Program-made: the position numbers and the translations under genes
The notes under the pieces: generated by a model
What the model was told of the DNA's origin: nothing
Database searches by the model: none
Seen by the model: the letters and a program-made list of their open reading frames with translations, nothing else
Source of the DNA: Octopus vulgaris
Taxonomy: Eukaryota
NCBI GenBank assembly: GCA_951406725.2
Contig: OX597815.1
Span: 11,656,001 to 11,720,000, forward strand
DNA length: 64,000 bases
Direction of reading: 5' to 3'
Part shown: one piece after another, positions 1-11,952 of the stretch
How positions within the stretch are numbered: the stretch's first letter is position 1
How the letters are laid out: the number at the start of each line of letters is the position of its first letter

Positions 1-309
1 GTCATTATGTAGCATATTATGGTTTTTATTTTTTCTGTATACGCATCTTTATATCAAAGACTTACAATCGAATAGATTCTACATATTCAAAGACCGTGCA
101 TCTGTGAAAGGGAAGCATGTGTACGTAAGAATATATGCGCGTGCTTGTTTTCGTATGTGGCTGTACATATATTTGCTCATGGGTGTAGAAGAAAAGAGTA
201 AATTGTGAATGTGAAGGAAAAAGTATATGGGTGGGCGAAATTTAATTACATTGATCCGTACATTTACCACATACACATATATACATGAATATGTATATGA
301 TGTATATGC

Positions 310-350
<41 letters not shown>

Positions 351-373
351 TAAATACATATATACATATATAA

Positions 374-417
<44 letters not shown>

Positions 418-929
418 GCATAATGCATATGTGTATATATGTATATATGTATAATGTAATATATGTTTTCGTCCGCATTCTCGTCTATGTATTTATACAC
501 GCTATTATGCAGTGTCGAACGAAAAACCAAAAATCTCATTACGCACAGAAGCACAACAGAATTGCGTCCATCAAACGGTAGACTAGGAACTAATATAGGG
601 TTTTATTCATGGTACTTTTAAAAGAAGGAAGGCATGCATATATATATATATATAGATATATATATGTACATAAATTATTTTCAAGTTTAAATTCCCTACA
701 GACCGCAGACCAGTAATACGAAACACAAACAAACAAACATACATACACAGGCTCACACTCACTCATAAGTACGCCATAGACACACAGACATATGCATAAA
801 CGATTATGAGGTTTCGCATGAGTACATTTATATTTAAGAAGAAAATGCGTTGAAATATTCATCATGAATAAAAGAAAGTATTTACATTTTTATGAAAATA
901 TGCTCCCGGTTCTGTTTCAATCGCTGAAA

Positions 930-1480
930 ACGTCGATTTAATTATGTTGAAATAAAAGAAAAGCCATTCCTCAAATACATTAGATGTCTCAGGGGAAGTG
1001 ACTCAGTTATTCCAAGCAATCCTTCTAAAACAGTCAATGAAAAACCATAATAGTCTCTATCTATGTAGTAAATATTTATTTAGACCTCGGTCACAGCATA
1101 TCAACTGAGACCATTACATTCTAGTTGGTGAACTTCCTCACCGCGTAAAAACAGAGTACATATCAGAAAAGCTCAAATGTATTTTAGAGAATATGCGCAT
1201 TATATTCAATGACAAACTTTTCAACAAATATCAAGGACTGCGATAGAGATGAAAACAGCTTTATACTTTCGCAATCTAGTGATCAAAAACGACTACAGAC
1301 ATATGGGGACTCTTTCTTGATGTATATTCAACAAAAATGGAAGAGATACCTCGATGTCTGCTTGAGAAGGAAATTAAAATTCTTCAATAAAATAAATAAA
1401 AATATAGAATCCATCATGCAATATAGCGATAACGAGCTCCCAATTTCAGACATTCTAATAAAGAAAGTCAACAGAGTCGG
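930..1480 (+). pseudogene. Degenerate Penelope-like element (PLE) reverse transcriptase fragment
   Basis: Frameshifted translations give KPFLKYI, IVSIYVVNIY (cf. LVSFDVVNLY), FNDKLFQQISRTAIEMKTA (cf. FNxxxYxQxxGTAMG), WKRYLDVC (cf. RYxDD) and ELPISDILIKK (cf. LPFLDxLI). This is the PLE RT motif order. Confidence 0.8.
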
Positions 1481-1499
1481 GGATTTAAGAAAATACTAA

Positions 1500-2400
1500 G
1501 AGTAATGCCATGTCTTGGCCTTTATTTCTTGCTGTCGATCTGCAGGGTGCATCAATTCACATAACCTTGTGTTTCATACTGAAATACGATAGAAGGCCTT
1601 AGTATTCAAGGGACGGGGTTCGCCTAAGCGTAGAGAAATGAGGTATGAGGGTTTCAGAAGATGTACACTTGAAATTTGTAAGGTAACATGATCACATTTT
1701 CCGACCGTATTGAATTTATTATTGACGTGTACACCACAGCACAAATTCTTGATATTTTATGTTGCTACGAGGTCCATTTTTACCTCGTTCAGCATCATGA
1801 ATTTTTAGTCCATGGAATTATAGCTTGTTGATTGTATCAGAGGTATGATTAATCACATAACCCATTGATGGCATTCTGAAGCTTAGATACATTTTACAAT
1901 GTTTGATGGTATTTCCTATGTTAACTATGTGAATAATTAAAAACAGCAGATCCAAAAGTGTAGTCCTGTAGTAGCAGTAAAGGACGTTTGTTAGCCTAGT
2001 GTAAATCTCATCTATTACAGCTCGCTGGATTCTCTTTGCCGTTCAGTATTTAGTCATATGCTGCAGCTCATCAAGAATTATGCAATTATGCAAATTGAAA
2101 CGAAGACAAACTAAAACAAGAAAATAAAATAATTTGGACCAAGTATCGTAAAATCTGAAGGTAATGGTAATAAATAGATGCCAATTTCGGATTCTGTTTG
2201 TGAAAAAATCTCTAATTAAGGTCCTGGTTTTTGACTACAGAAATTTTGTTGGCCTGTGTTATCAGAAATTTTCGTGGGATCAGCCTGATTAATGGACAAG
2301 CTGGATTGCTGCAGAGTTTTTATTTGAACGAAATATTATAAAAAAAAAAAGATGTTCCAGATATGTCTGTTTTAGGAAAGATGCACTGAATGGTTTTAAT
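1500..2400 (-). mobile_element. Highly decayed CR1-like LINE RT remnant
   Basis: Minus strand near 1900-1975 reads TTLLDLLFLIIHIVNIGNTIKHCKMY (cf. GTVLGPLLFIIHINDI...IKHS). Many stops; boundaries approximate. Confidence 0.4.
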
Positions 2401-4648
2401 TATAACTAATAGACACAGATATGGTATATGGAAATTTTTGAGGTTCAAAGCTAAAGAGAATGTCCGTAAAATGGAGAAAAATATCAATAACAGACAATTA
2501 GCCAGATTTGATTGAAATAATATCATTGACTATCAAACAAAATGCGATTTTCCTATAAATTAATTGAAAAGTAGATGATTATGATTAGTGAGGCATTTCA
2601 AATATCTGAACTGTATTCTTGTGCTGATTAACGTAGCTTTCATTTCACTCACGGAGCATTAGTTTTCTAAGCACTTTCAAAATATGATTTTCACTATTAA
2701 TTAATATTAATCACCCATGTCAGGTAATTTATATGACTATAAGTGGAATAAGGCTACCTTTCATTGTAACGATTGTCGCCAATTTGACTTGGTAACTGAT
2801 CCGCTTACAAGTGTTAATTAGATAGTGAATTTGACAATATTCGAAAAGTTTGCAAGTATGTTTATCTGTTACAGATGTTATATTCTCTCAGTATAAAAAT
2901 CCCACCATTCTTATTCTTGTGTTGTAGACTTATGCCTTCATTCCATTAAACTTCAACACCTGGTTTCTTCAATGATACTTGCGAATTTTGTTCTGTTCAA
3001 AGAATTCTGGCGAGTTTTATAGTCTGACAGTAATTTCTTCCACTTTTCTTCTATAACAATGCCAAAACACGTTTAGCACCATAAAACGCTTGAATTACTG
3101 CCACTGTGTATGAATGTAAAAAACAAAAACATTCATAAGCATCTCACTAAAAAATAAAACCATTTTCTGAGTAGAAGAGAAAACTTGTTGGCTGTCGTTT
3201 GACTATGCTAAAAATAGCAAACAAATCTTCCTGAAATAAAACCATATCTCATTACAAAGGAAAGGGTCACACTGGATAAACTAGTCCTAGATACGCATGG
3301 TATGATGGAGTGGTTAGGGGTTTGATCTTCTTCATAATTTTTTATTGATAACCTGAGCTGCACATCAACAAAACTGATTACCAGCGAAATTATTTCAGTG
3401 GTGCCATTTGCTTGAAAAACAACAGTTATGTTAGCGTTAAAACATATGGTTTATTAAGTATAAGAATACTAATTGATTATAATGAAGTTGGTAAGGAAAG
3501 ACATCGTTATCCGAATAAATAATATATTTTTCATCGCTGTGACATGTTTCAGAGTTATTAGATTTACTTACAAAAGAGTAGACCTCGCTATGCTTACCGA
3601 TATATAAATTAGAGTGTCACAAAGCATATGTACATGGTTAGGGGGGAAAATTAGCAACTGTTTAAAAACGTTATTTCTAGTAAAAGATACACCACTGAAA
3701 ATATATTATTATAGTTTATTTGATGCTACTTGTAAGAGAATGTATTTTCTTGAAATTACAACGGGTGTCCATGTAACTTTAGAAGGAACTTTAAATATAT
3801 ATTTGCCTGAAAGCAGACTACTTTAAGTCCATTATTCTTTACTTTTGTCTTCTGACTCGACTGTGAGCGATCACATGCTGTTCTTCAGAACAACTGGATA
3901 ATGAAGCAAGTTCCATTAAATTACTATAATGTTTAATTTAGCTGATAACAGGGATGTGATGTTAATATATCCGTTATGAAAGTGTCGGGAATCTCTGCCA
4001 ATTCTGTTGATCAATAGAGATACACCTGACATGCTTATCTAAACATTACTCCTAGATTCCTATACATCAAATGTCGGTGATTGAGTATTCACGCATGGCT
4101 AGCATGATGTATTATGCCGGATAGGAATTCTGTTTCTAACATGTTAATATAATCAATCAATCAATCAACTTTATTAGATATTCACTCAATGGCGATTTCA
4201 TATTATGTTCTGAACAAACCTAAACCAGGAATAATTATTTCTGAAACTTTCATTTCGTTTAGTCTTTCTTATAACCCTTGTCGCTTTATTCACTTCGTCT
4301 TCCAAGAGATTATATGATAGTAATATTACGTTTCAAACAGAACAATGGCGATAGGGTTGTAATGAAATCAGGCACATTTATACAACTACTAAATTTTAAA
4401 ATTGCAACGTTTATCCCCAGACAAATCAAAACATATTCATATTCTTAATTTATCTTATTCCCACCTCTTTCACAAGCCATTTAAATTTCCTAAGTTTTAG
4501 GAATGAAAAGTCAGTCATCTCAAAAAGCTTGTTTCAAAGATATTAAAGTTAAAATAGAAGGGAGTAAGAAATTACTTTTTGAAACTGTTTTCAAAAATTC
4601 AAGGAGTAGTTACTTGACTATATCACGAGAGAATATCTACAGCCCACA

Positions 4649-4890
4649 AAATACCTATTTCTTTACTACCCACAGGGGGCTAAACGACAGAGAGGACAAA
4701 AAAGGACAGACAAACGGATTAAGTCGATCATATCGACACCAGTACGTAACTGGTACTTAATTTATCGACTCCGAAAGGATGAAAGGCAAAGTCGACCTCG
4801 GCGGAATTTGAACTCAGAACGTAGCGGCAGACGAAATACGGCTAAGCATTTCGCCCGGCGTGCTAACGATTCTGCTCGCTCGCCGCCTTA
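4649..4890 (-). mobile_element. tRNA-derived SINE, family A
   Basis: The reverse complement starts TAAGGCGGCGAG..GCAGAATCGTTAGCAC (A-box-like), has GAGTTCAAATTCC (B box) and a central GTCGACTTTGCCTTTCATCCTTTCGG..TCGATAAA motif. Near-identical to 35595-35835. Confidence 0.9.
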
Positions 4891-4894
4891 ATTA

Positions 4895-5250
4895 CCTGTC
4901 TTATCTCTTAGATTGTCCAGTACGTTAAGCACAACAGGCGAAGAACCTTCATCAGACATCCCGAATGTTCGTTTTCCTCGTGGAATCTCTCAGGCCAACT
5001 CCCATCGCTATCATGTGGTGCTGGAGCGTTCTGTTCCACGTCCTCCTTGATATTCCACCCGGTCTTTATCCTTATTCCGGCGTTTATTCCATCATTATGG
5101 TGGCATATCTTTCCTGAGGTAATCGAAACAAGTGGGTAGTAAACCGTATTATACACCGCTTGGTCAGCATGTCTGATCTTCTCGCCATGTCTGTGATTCT
5201 ACCCTGTCCCTGAACATAGGCAGCGTTGATGGAACACATCCAGCAATACA
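4895..5250 (-). mobile_element. RTE-clade LINE 3' end remnant
   Basis: LLDVFHQRCL motif, followed by RPGGISRRTWNRTLQ and a CA*RTG C-terminus typical of RTE ORF ends. Confidence 0.7.
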
Positions 5251-5329
5251 AACACGCTCACATATAGACAGGCAGATAGACAGACAGACACACACACACA
5301 CAAATAAAAGCACATGCACTCACACGCAT

Positions 5330-5378
5330 ACCACGACCATGAGTGCAACACCCTGACCACCAGGTCATGCGTCCTCAT
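5330..5378 (-). mobile_element. Isolated SINE tRNA-like head fragment
   Basis: TGAGGACGCATGACCTGGTGGTCAGGGTGTTGCACTCATGGTCGT resembles the head of the SINE at 56133-56453. Confidence 0.5.
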
Positions 5379-6120
5379 GTATGCACATGCATACATACAC
5401 ACATACATGCACACATATGTATTCAACTGCTTAAGTATGTATCGTACTCTCCGAAGATACTAGTGATTAAGGATGGTGATGGGCGCTTGGGCAGATATTT
5501 TAGATACTGGTTAATCTTTACCCTCTTTATGATTCTACATCATCTGCTCTATACTTGATCCTGTTTCATGTGTTGGAAGTAATGTCTTTCACCAGACATA
5601 TACTATGTCTGATGAAAGAAGTGCTCTCGTACGCTATTATTTCTTTCTACTCAAGGAAGAGAACCACGGTATACACATGTGGTATGTCTGAAAGCATCTC
5701 AGTTGAGTAAAGGTTTGTCAGGCGAGTCAAGAAAAAAGGAGCCTCTGAATTAACAATACCGATGAAAATATGAGAGAATTGATAAAACCTGATCCTAGTA
5801 CGCTAGACATTATATAGATGATGTCGATGGGACGCCATAGAGGTAACTCATTTAATACATGCCAGTTTAATAAAAAGACGACAAGATTAATGATGATGAT
5901 GATGGCGGTGATAATTAGCAGCAAACATGAAAATAGGAAAATGTCTGCCAAAATACTTCCTACCACCAATATTCAATAGAATATCTCTATGTTCACAGTT
6001 CAGACGACTCTGTGTGAATCTGGTTTTCGTTTCTTTTTCTTTAGAAATTAAGCACAAGGTGTATTATTTTACTTGTTTCACACATCGAAGACCAGCCATA
6101 GTACAAAAGCACGTTCAAGA

Positions 6121-6139
6121 TCCATCTATCTATCTATCC

Positions 6140-6178
<39 letters not shown>

Positions 6179-6179
6179 G

Positions 6180-6231
<52 letters not shown>

Positions 6232-6273
6232 GTCTGTCTGTCTACCTATCTATCTTTATATATATATATATAT
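6121..6273. repeat. (TATC)n plus (TA)n microsatellite
   Basis: Directly visible. Confidence 0.95.
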
Positions 6274-8052
6274 AAGCTTCCTAAGGATTCACATTTCACA
6301 CAATTTGCTTACAATACGTTGACAAACTAATGGTATGTTATAAGAAATTTGATCAAGGTGCTGTTTAGTGACTTCGAATTTGTAAACACGTGATTGTAAA
6401 GCAAACATCATGAATCCACATATATGCCTACGCCTCAGTATCCGAAATAGTCAATTCAATCAATAGTAACACTCCCATTTAACATCACATTTTCTCTAAA
6501 CTAGTGAATCCTTATACGAGTAATATAAATCTGATATGTAATACATTCAATCGGATTTCAATATGAAATGTGAACCAAGAATTGATTCTATATTTGTCAT
6601 TCTATAAAGAACATATATATTATATATTTATTCATTCTCAATATCATTCTGCTAGATTCGTAGATGAATATTCCGATCGCTGTAGGTTTTGTTTTCCATC
6701 GGAGGTTATCACAGCTGTTAAAACGATGTGTGTTCATAACACGCAAATCAGTGATATTGCTTATTTGAGATACCACGGTATTTGACCACTGTCTCTTCAA
6801 TCAAAGCAGCCCACCGCGAACCAGTTATCTAACAAGAGTACTGGCTCTTGTTTATGGAAATCACTATACAGTTTATTTACTTACGTAAGCTGATAATAAT
6901 TCATGCTATGCATGCATGGATTATAAATTTTTCATGATTTTTCGGAGGTTTCTGAATAGGACACATTGAATTTCGTAAGTTTAGAAATTATAAATATTTA
7001 ATCATACGAGGTCAACAACAATTCACTCGTCACATTCAGTGCTAAATATCTAATGCAATTGATTTCCTTAATTTTGTATTCCTTCCACATTTTGACAATT
7101 TAACCTAGTGTTAAATTTACATTACAGTTCAATTTCAGTTTTCATTTTTCTCCTTTAGGAAGATGCACCTCGAAGATACGCGTTCGAAGAATGTTATATA
7201 ATAACAATATTATTTTATATGGAAAACAAACGCTAAATATTTGAAACACAATACGTTTTAACCATTCTCAATGTAGTTAGATAATCTGTATCCATTTATA
7301 TTATACACTAGTCGAAATACAAGAAATATAACTGCAAGCAAACTCTAAATAGAAAATTTAATGCTATTAAAGACATTCTATTGTTGCCAGTCCCCTTAAT
7401 ACGGCTATCTTAATTATATCAATTACAGAAGTCTGACTAAAAATCGTTGTTAATTTCTATCTATCAAATCATATAATTAGCAGTAAAGGCATTACGAAAC
7501 ACTAAGTATTCTACGCAGAGAGACTAAATCCTAACTGTGCGTCAATGGGAGGCAGCTATTCTACTAGTTTGAACTTTTCAATTAATTTGAAGCATCATCG
7601 ATCAAAATAGTTTCATTTCAATTACTAGGGAGGAGCTTGTCCAATTTTCGATGTCAGCGTGAACGGAATGAATATAATTGATATCGGTTCGATACTTGTT
7701 CACATCTAAGATTTAATTATGATAATCAGTACTCTACAGGATAACTTAAAATTCGTTTAATTTTCTTTCGGTCTACTATTTTGCATCTTGATAGACTGTA
7801 TCTATCTGAACATTAAAACCAACTTTGAAAGAAGTGGTATTTGCAAAAATATTTATTTTAATTTGGAGGAGAATTTGTATGACTGGGAAAAACACATTTT
7901 GGACCATCAACCGTATTTTTTCCTAAATCCTTTTTTCTGACTTTCACAACTGGACACATAATTCTGTACAACGAAAATAGGAATCTCAACAAGTATATGG
8001 GTGAGAAAAGTTAGCTACCGTTGTATTTGTATATATATATATATATATATAT

Positions 8053-8375
8053 AAACAATATTTTATAATTATAAGTATAATTATAATTAGGGTTTTAGCA
8101 AAAATTTGCTTTAACACATACCGAACTTTAGAAATAGCAGCCAAAGGACCTTAGCTATTTCCCGGGAAATAGCTAATGCTCTTTGGCTGCTATTTCTAAA
8201 GTTCAGTATGTGGTAAAACAAATTTTTTTCTGAACCCTAATTTAAAAATATACTCATAATTATAAAATACTGTTTAAGTTTACAGATAAATGTTCCTTTT
8301 AACATGCCGAATACTACTTGTTGGAATTATTAATTACTAGTTAATTAATTAATTTTACCCTTTATTATTATTGAG
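8053..8375. mobile_element. (TA)n-embedded fold-back cassette with ~110-bp arms centred on CCCGGG
   Basis: 8053-8160 is the imperfect reverse complement of 8167-8275. Flanked by (TA)n; related sequence at 10938-11100. Confidence 0.8.
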
Positions 8376-8889
8376 ATATATATATATATATTCTTGAAAT
8401 AGAACGTTACTATTGAAAATATTATTACATCATATTTGGATATCGTAAACATAAAACATATTATGAAAGTCACTTACAAATATGAATCATTAATGTTCCG
8501 AATTTTCAAATTTGAGTTTTGAATATATAATTAGTTAATTAGCGATTTAATTAGTTATTGAAACGCTCCGTTTCCACTCGATATGAGTGACCAGAAATAA
8601 CTAGCATGCCGAGAGTAAATAGGGTGATACTTTCTTAACACTACATAATACATTTACGTGTATTAATTTAGTAGAACTAAATTTTCGGGTATCTACATTT
8701 GAAAATAAAATTTTTTTTGCAAGATGAATTTTCAACGATCATTTCATTAAATAACCAACATATTTCATATCAGATGTGTTCACAAATAGAAAAGATTTAT
8801 GGGTAAGTAGTGTGGTATCTGATAAGATTTTGTGCGCAAACTTTCTTTTTAATATCCTATGCAAACATTTATTATTCAAACTGTGTTTT

Positions 8890-9120
8890 CAGATGTATAG
8901 TTTGTGGACATATGAGTGTTAGGCTGTAGCTTAACGCTTTTTGAATATAGCGATAAATACAGGGAAAAAAATTAAGAGTATTTATCTTTGATTTAAAATA
9001 AAACATTTTTCAGAGAAAGATACATATAATTTCCACATTTTTAGATGGACAAGTGTTTAATAGGTAAATACAGCTTCTATAAAGAAGTTGTCAGACAAAA
9101 TATTGGGAATAAGCTTTACT
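8890..9120 (+). repeat. Old dispersed or duplicated ~230-bp segment, paralogous to 13679-14300
   Basis: Shared blocks AGATGTA..GTTTGT.GACA..TGAGTGTTA, GAGTATTTAT..TTGATTTAAAATAAAA and TTGGGAATAAGCTTT. Confidence 0.7.
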
Positions 9121-9228
9121 CTCTAAACCGCGTGTCATGTCCCTCATTAAGCGTGTTAGCAAAAATGTAGTGTTAATTCAGTTCACTTCAATTACAAGCC
9201 GATGAATCCGAGGTTCATATATATGTTC

Positions 9229-9367
9229 ATGTATGTATGTACGTATGTATGTATGTATGTATGTATGTATGTATGTATGTATGTATGTATGTATGTATGT
9301 ATACATATATATTTATATATATATACACATAAACAGGTACAGATACATACATACATACATACATACA

Positions 9368-9401
<34 letters not shown>

Positions 9402-9410
9402 CATATGTAT
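9229..9410. repeat. (TATG)n/(CATA)n inverted microsatellite pair
   Basis: Directly visible. Confidence 0.95.
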
Positions 9411-9690
9411 GGGCAAGTGCTCGGAAACTTCCAGCTCTTATATCGGGATTATACATTCACATTTATGCCAAGCACATACATACCAATTTGGTGCACACAG
9501 TTTTGTAATTAAATGCCTAGGTAACAATCTAGTTAAGCTGGGATTCTCAGTACAAGAAATCACCCGGCTAATCCGCATATTCCAAACACAGTCTGTTTTC
9601 AAATATTACTTTCTTTTGCTTTCTACATTTAAAAAATAGCTTTGTATTCTGTTAGCAACCAGCTCCTTCTTCAGAGGCAGAAACGAAATC
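9408..9690 (+). mobile_element. 5'-truncated R4/Dong-like non-LTR element (RLE C-terminus plus 3' UTR), family CATA
   Basis: GAHSFVIKCLGNNLVKLGFSVQEITRLIRIFQTQSV. Nucleotide homology to the reverse complement of 40355-40645, including CCAGCTCCTTCTTCAGAGG. Confidence 0.8.
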
Positions 9691-9840
9691 ATTAGAAAAT
9701 AAAATGTATATATGTGTGTGTATACGCGCGCACTTTATATGTGCAGATAAGATTTACAAATGCTAAATTGAAAGCGACATGGCGCACACAAATTCATAAG
9801 GTTGGCACTTCTCAATTTATATATACATTCATTATCTGGA

Positions 9841-10086
9841 TCTCCGTCCGACACGACAACGAGTGTTTTAGTTGATCCGATCGACGGAACAGCCTGCTCG
9901 TTAAATTAATGTGGAAGTAGCTGAGCACTCCACAGACGCAGGTACCCTTCTCATAGTTCTAAGAGAGGTTCAGCGTGACAAGTGAGACAAGGCTAGTCTT
10001 TTGAATTAATGCTACAGCACATTTTTGCAAGCTGAGCGAACTGGAGCAACGAGAAATGATGTTTACTGCACAAGGATAAAGCGCCA
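9841..10086 (-). mobile_element. SINE family B2, diverged and lacking its head
   Basis: Homologous to 56141-56385 (GATCGACGGAACAGCCTGCTCG..GAGCACTCCACAGAC..CAGCGTGAC..CTGGAGCAACG). Confidence 0.85.
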
Positions 10087-10197
10087 CACACACATGCATA
10101 AATAGATGAATACATACATATATGCATACAAACATACATACATACATACATACAGACAGACAGATAGATGGATAGATAGATAGATAGATAGATAGAT

Positions 10198-10440
10198 ATG
10201 TTTCTTTATTAGCCACACAGGGCTGCACACAGACAAGACAAAATTACAAGGTAGAGTTTTCTTTTGGGGGTAAAAGAAGGGGGGTTGGTTTTCGATCAAA
10301 AGGGATCATAAATGGAAAGAAAGAGGACCAAAAAAGAGGGGAATAAAATAATTTTTTTAAAAAAAGGGAAGGTGAGGAAAAAAAGGGAAAGGAAAAAATT
10401 GATCAATAGGGATCGTTATCACAGAAATGTCAATATGAAG
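10198..10440 (-). mobile_element. LINE-like 3' UTR or tail fragment inside (GATA)n
   Basis: The reverse complement matches 27215-27430, ends in AATAAAGAAACA and has (GATA)n on both sides. Confidence 0.75.
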
Positions 10441-10863
10441 ATAGATAGATAGACAGACAGACAAACAGATATGCACATACAGCATTGATTCAGGATGAAA
10501 CTAGTTTTAAATTCTTACTCAGTACTAATTATTGTAAACCTATATTTCGCTGTTTGCAAGAACTAGAAACAGAGGTCAGATATTTCATGGATCCATTCCA
10601 ATCCGTGAAATGATATAGTTACACGTAAATTCAGCGCCAAGCAATGTTTAGCCGTAAGCGAACATTAGATTAGTTAACATGTGTTTATGACACTCTTCAA
10701 CTTCTAAAGAATCCGACAAGAGCCAACACTGGGCAGATATTGTGTTTACTCCTTTTACCATAACAGAGAAGTTTTCTCCACGATAGTTGTAGTGAAGTGA
10801 ATTTGCTTTTAGAAGCTGAAACATCTCACCAACACATTTTAATGCATGAATGTGAGCGCGTGC

Positions 10864-10932
<69 letters not shown>

Positions 10933-10937
10933 TATAG

Positions 10938-11110
10938 TCAATAATAAAAGGGTAAAATTAATTAATTATTAATTAATAATTTTACCAAGTAGTGTTCTTA
11001 TAGTAGAGGAAATAGCGAAATTTTTTGGCTGCTATTTCTAAAAGTTCGGTGTGTGGTGAAGTTAATTTTTTTACTGGACCCTAATTATATAACGTAATGT
11101 TTTAAATAAA
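10938..11110. mobile_element. (TA)n-embedded cassette related to 8053-8375
   Basis: CAATAATAAAAGGGTAAAATTAATTAATT is the reverse complement of 8340-8373. It is followed by TTTGGCTGCTATTTCTAAA.GTTCGGT.TGTGGT, shared with one palindrome arm. Confidence 0.75.
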
Positions 11111-11149
11111 TAACTAAATAAATATATAAATATATATATATATAATATA

Positions 11150-11400
11150 TATTAATAAATAAAACATATGCATATATATACATATATGTATGTACCTACC
11201 TCTACATTTATATATACACGCATATATGAGTACAGGACACATAAAAAACGTCGAACACAATGAGAAACGAAAACATAGACACAAACCCAAGGAACTGGAC
11301 ATTTTTCTTAAACAAAAAAAAAATAGAGTACAGGACAAATAACACAAGGAAAAACCCCTTCTTCAGTCGCCATGGTTTCATCTACTCTACGTTTCGAAGG

Positions 11401-11402
<2 letters not shown>
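11150..11402 (-). mobile_element. (TA)n-embedded PLE-like LTR fragment, homologous to 43725-43945
   Basis: Both copies share AGAGTAGATGAAACCATGGCGACTGAAGAAGGGG..TTCCTTGTGTTATTTGTCCTGTACTCTATTTTT. A CGAAACGT motif lies upstream. Confidence 0.75.
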
Positions 11403-11456
<54 letters not shown>

Positions 11457-11457
<1 letters not shown>

Positions 11458-11952
11458 CAAAGTGAAGGTGTATGGTACCGCACGAGTGGAAATATGTATG
11501 AAATAAGGTATGAAATTGTAATTTTAAAAGATGTTTATTCACTTGACCGGTTTCACTTTTTTAGAAAAAGATTGTCAAAAGTAAAGTGTAAAAGCTTTGT
11601 GGTGTTAGGTACTGGTTGTCACAAAATATTACAATACATATATACATTCTTTGATAATAATAAGAAAATGTTAAAACAGTTTACAGGAAAAGTCTTGAGA
11701 AAATATTAAAAAGTTCGTTAAAAATATTAGGATTTCATTAAAAATCACGTTCGTTTGGAAGTATCTATATATATATATATATACACAGAAAATTATGAGT
11801 TCAAAAAGTTCATATTTTGGTGGTATATGACCTTTTGGGACTTATACTTTTCTGTGTATATATAGAGATACTTCCAAACGAAGATGACTTTTAATGAAAT
11901 CCTAATATTTTTTATGAATATTTTTAACGAAATTTTTTATATTTTCTCAAGA
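11457..11952. mobile_element. (TA)n-associated cassette with a decayed hammerhead and a ~260-bp fold-back
   Basis: 11693-11812 is the imperfect reverse complement of 11825-11952. Minus-strand 11541-11582 reads ACUU-UUGACAA..GAAACCGGUC-AAGU. Confidence 0.7.

Noticed and set aside
11345-11400. CTGAAGAAGGGG and CGAAACGT as a hammerhead
   Set aside because: The motifs are in the wrong order and lack closing stems; at most half of a truncated motif.
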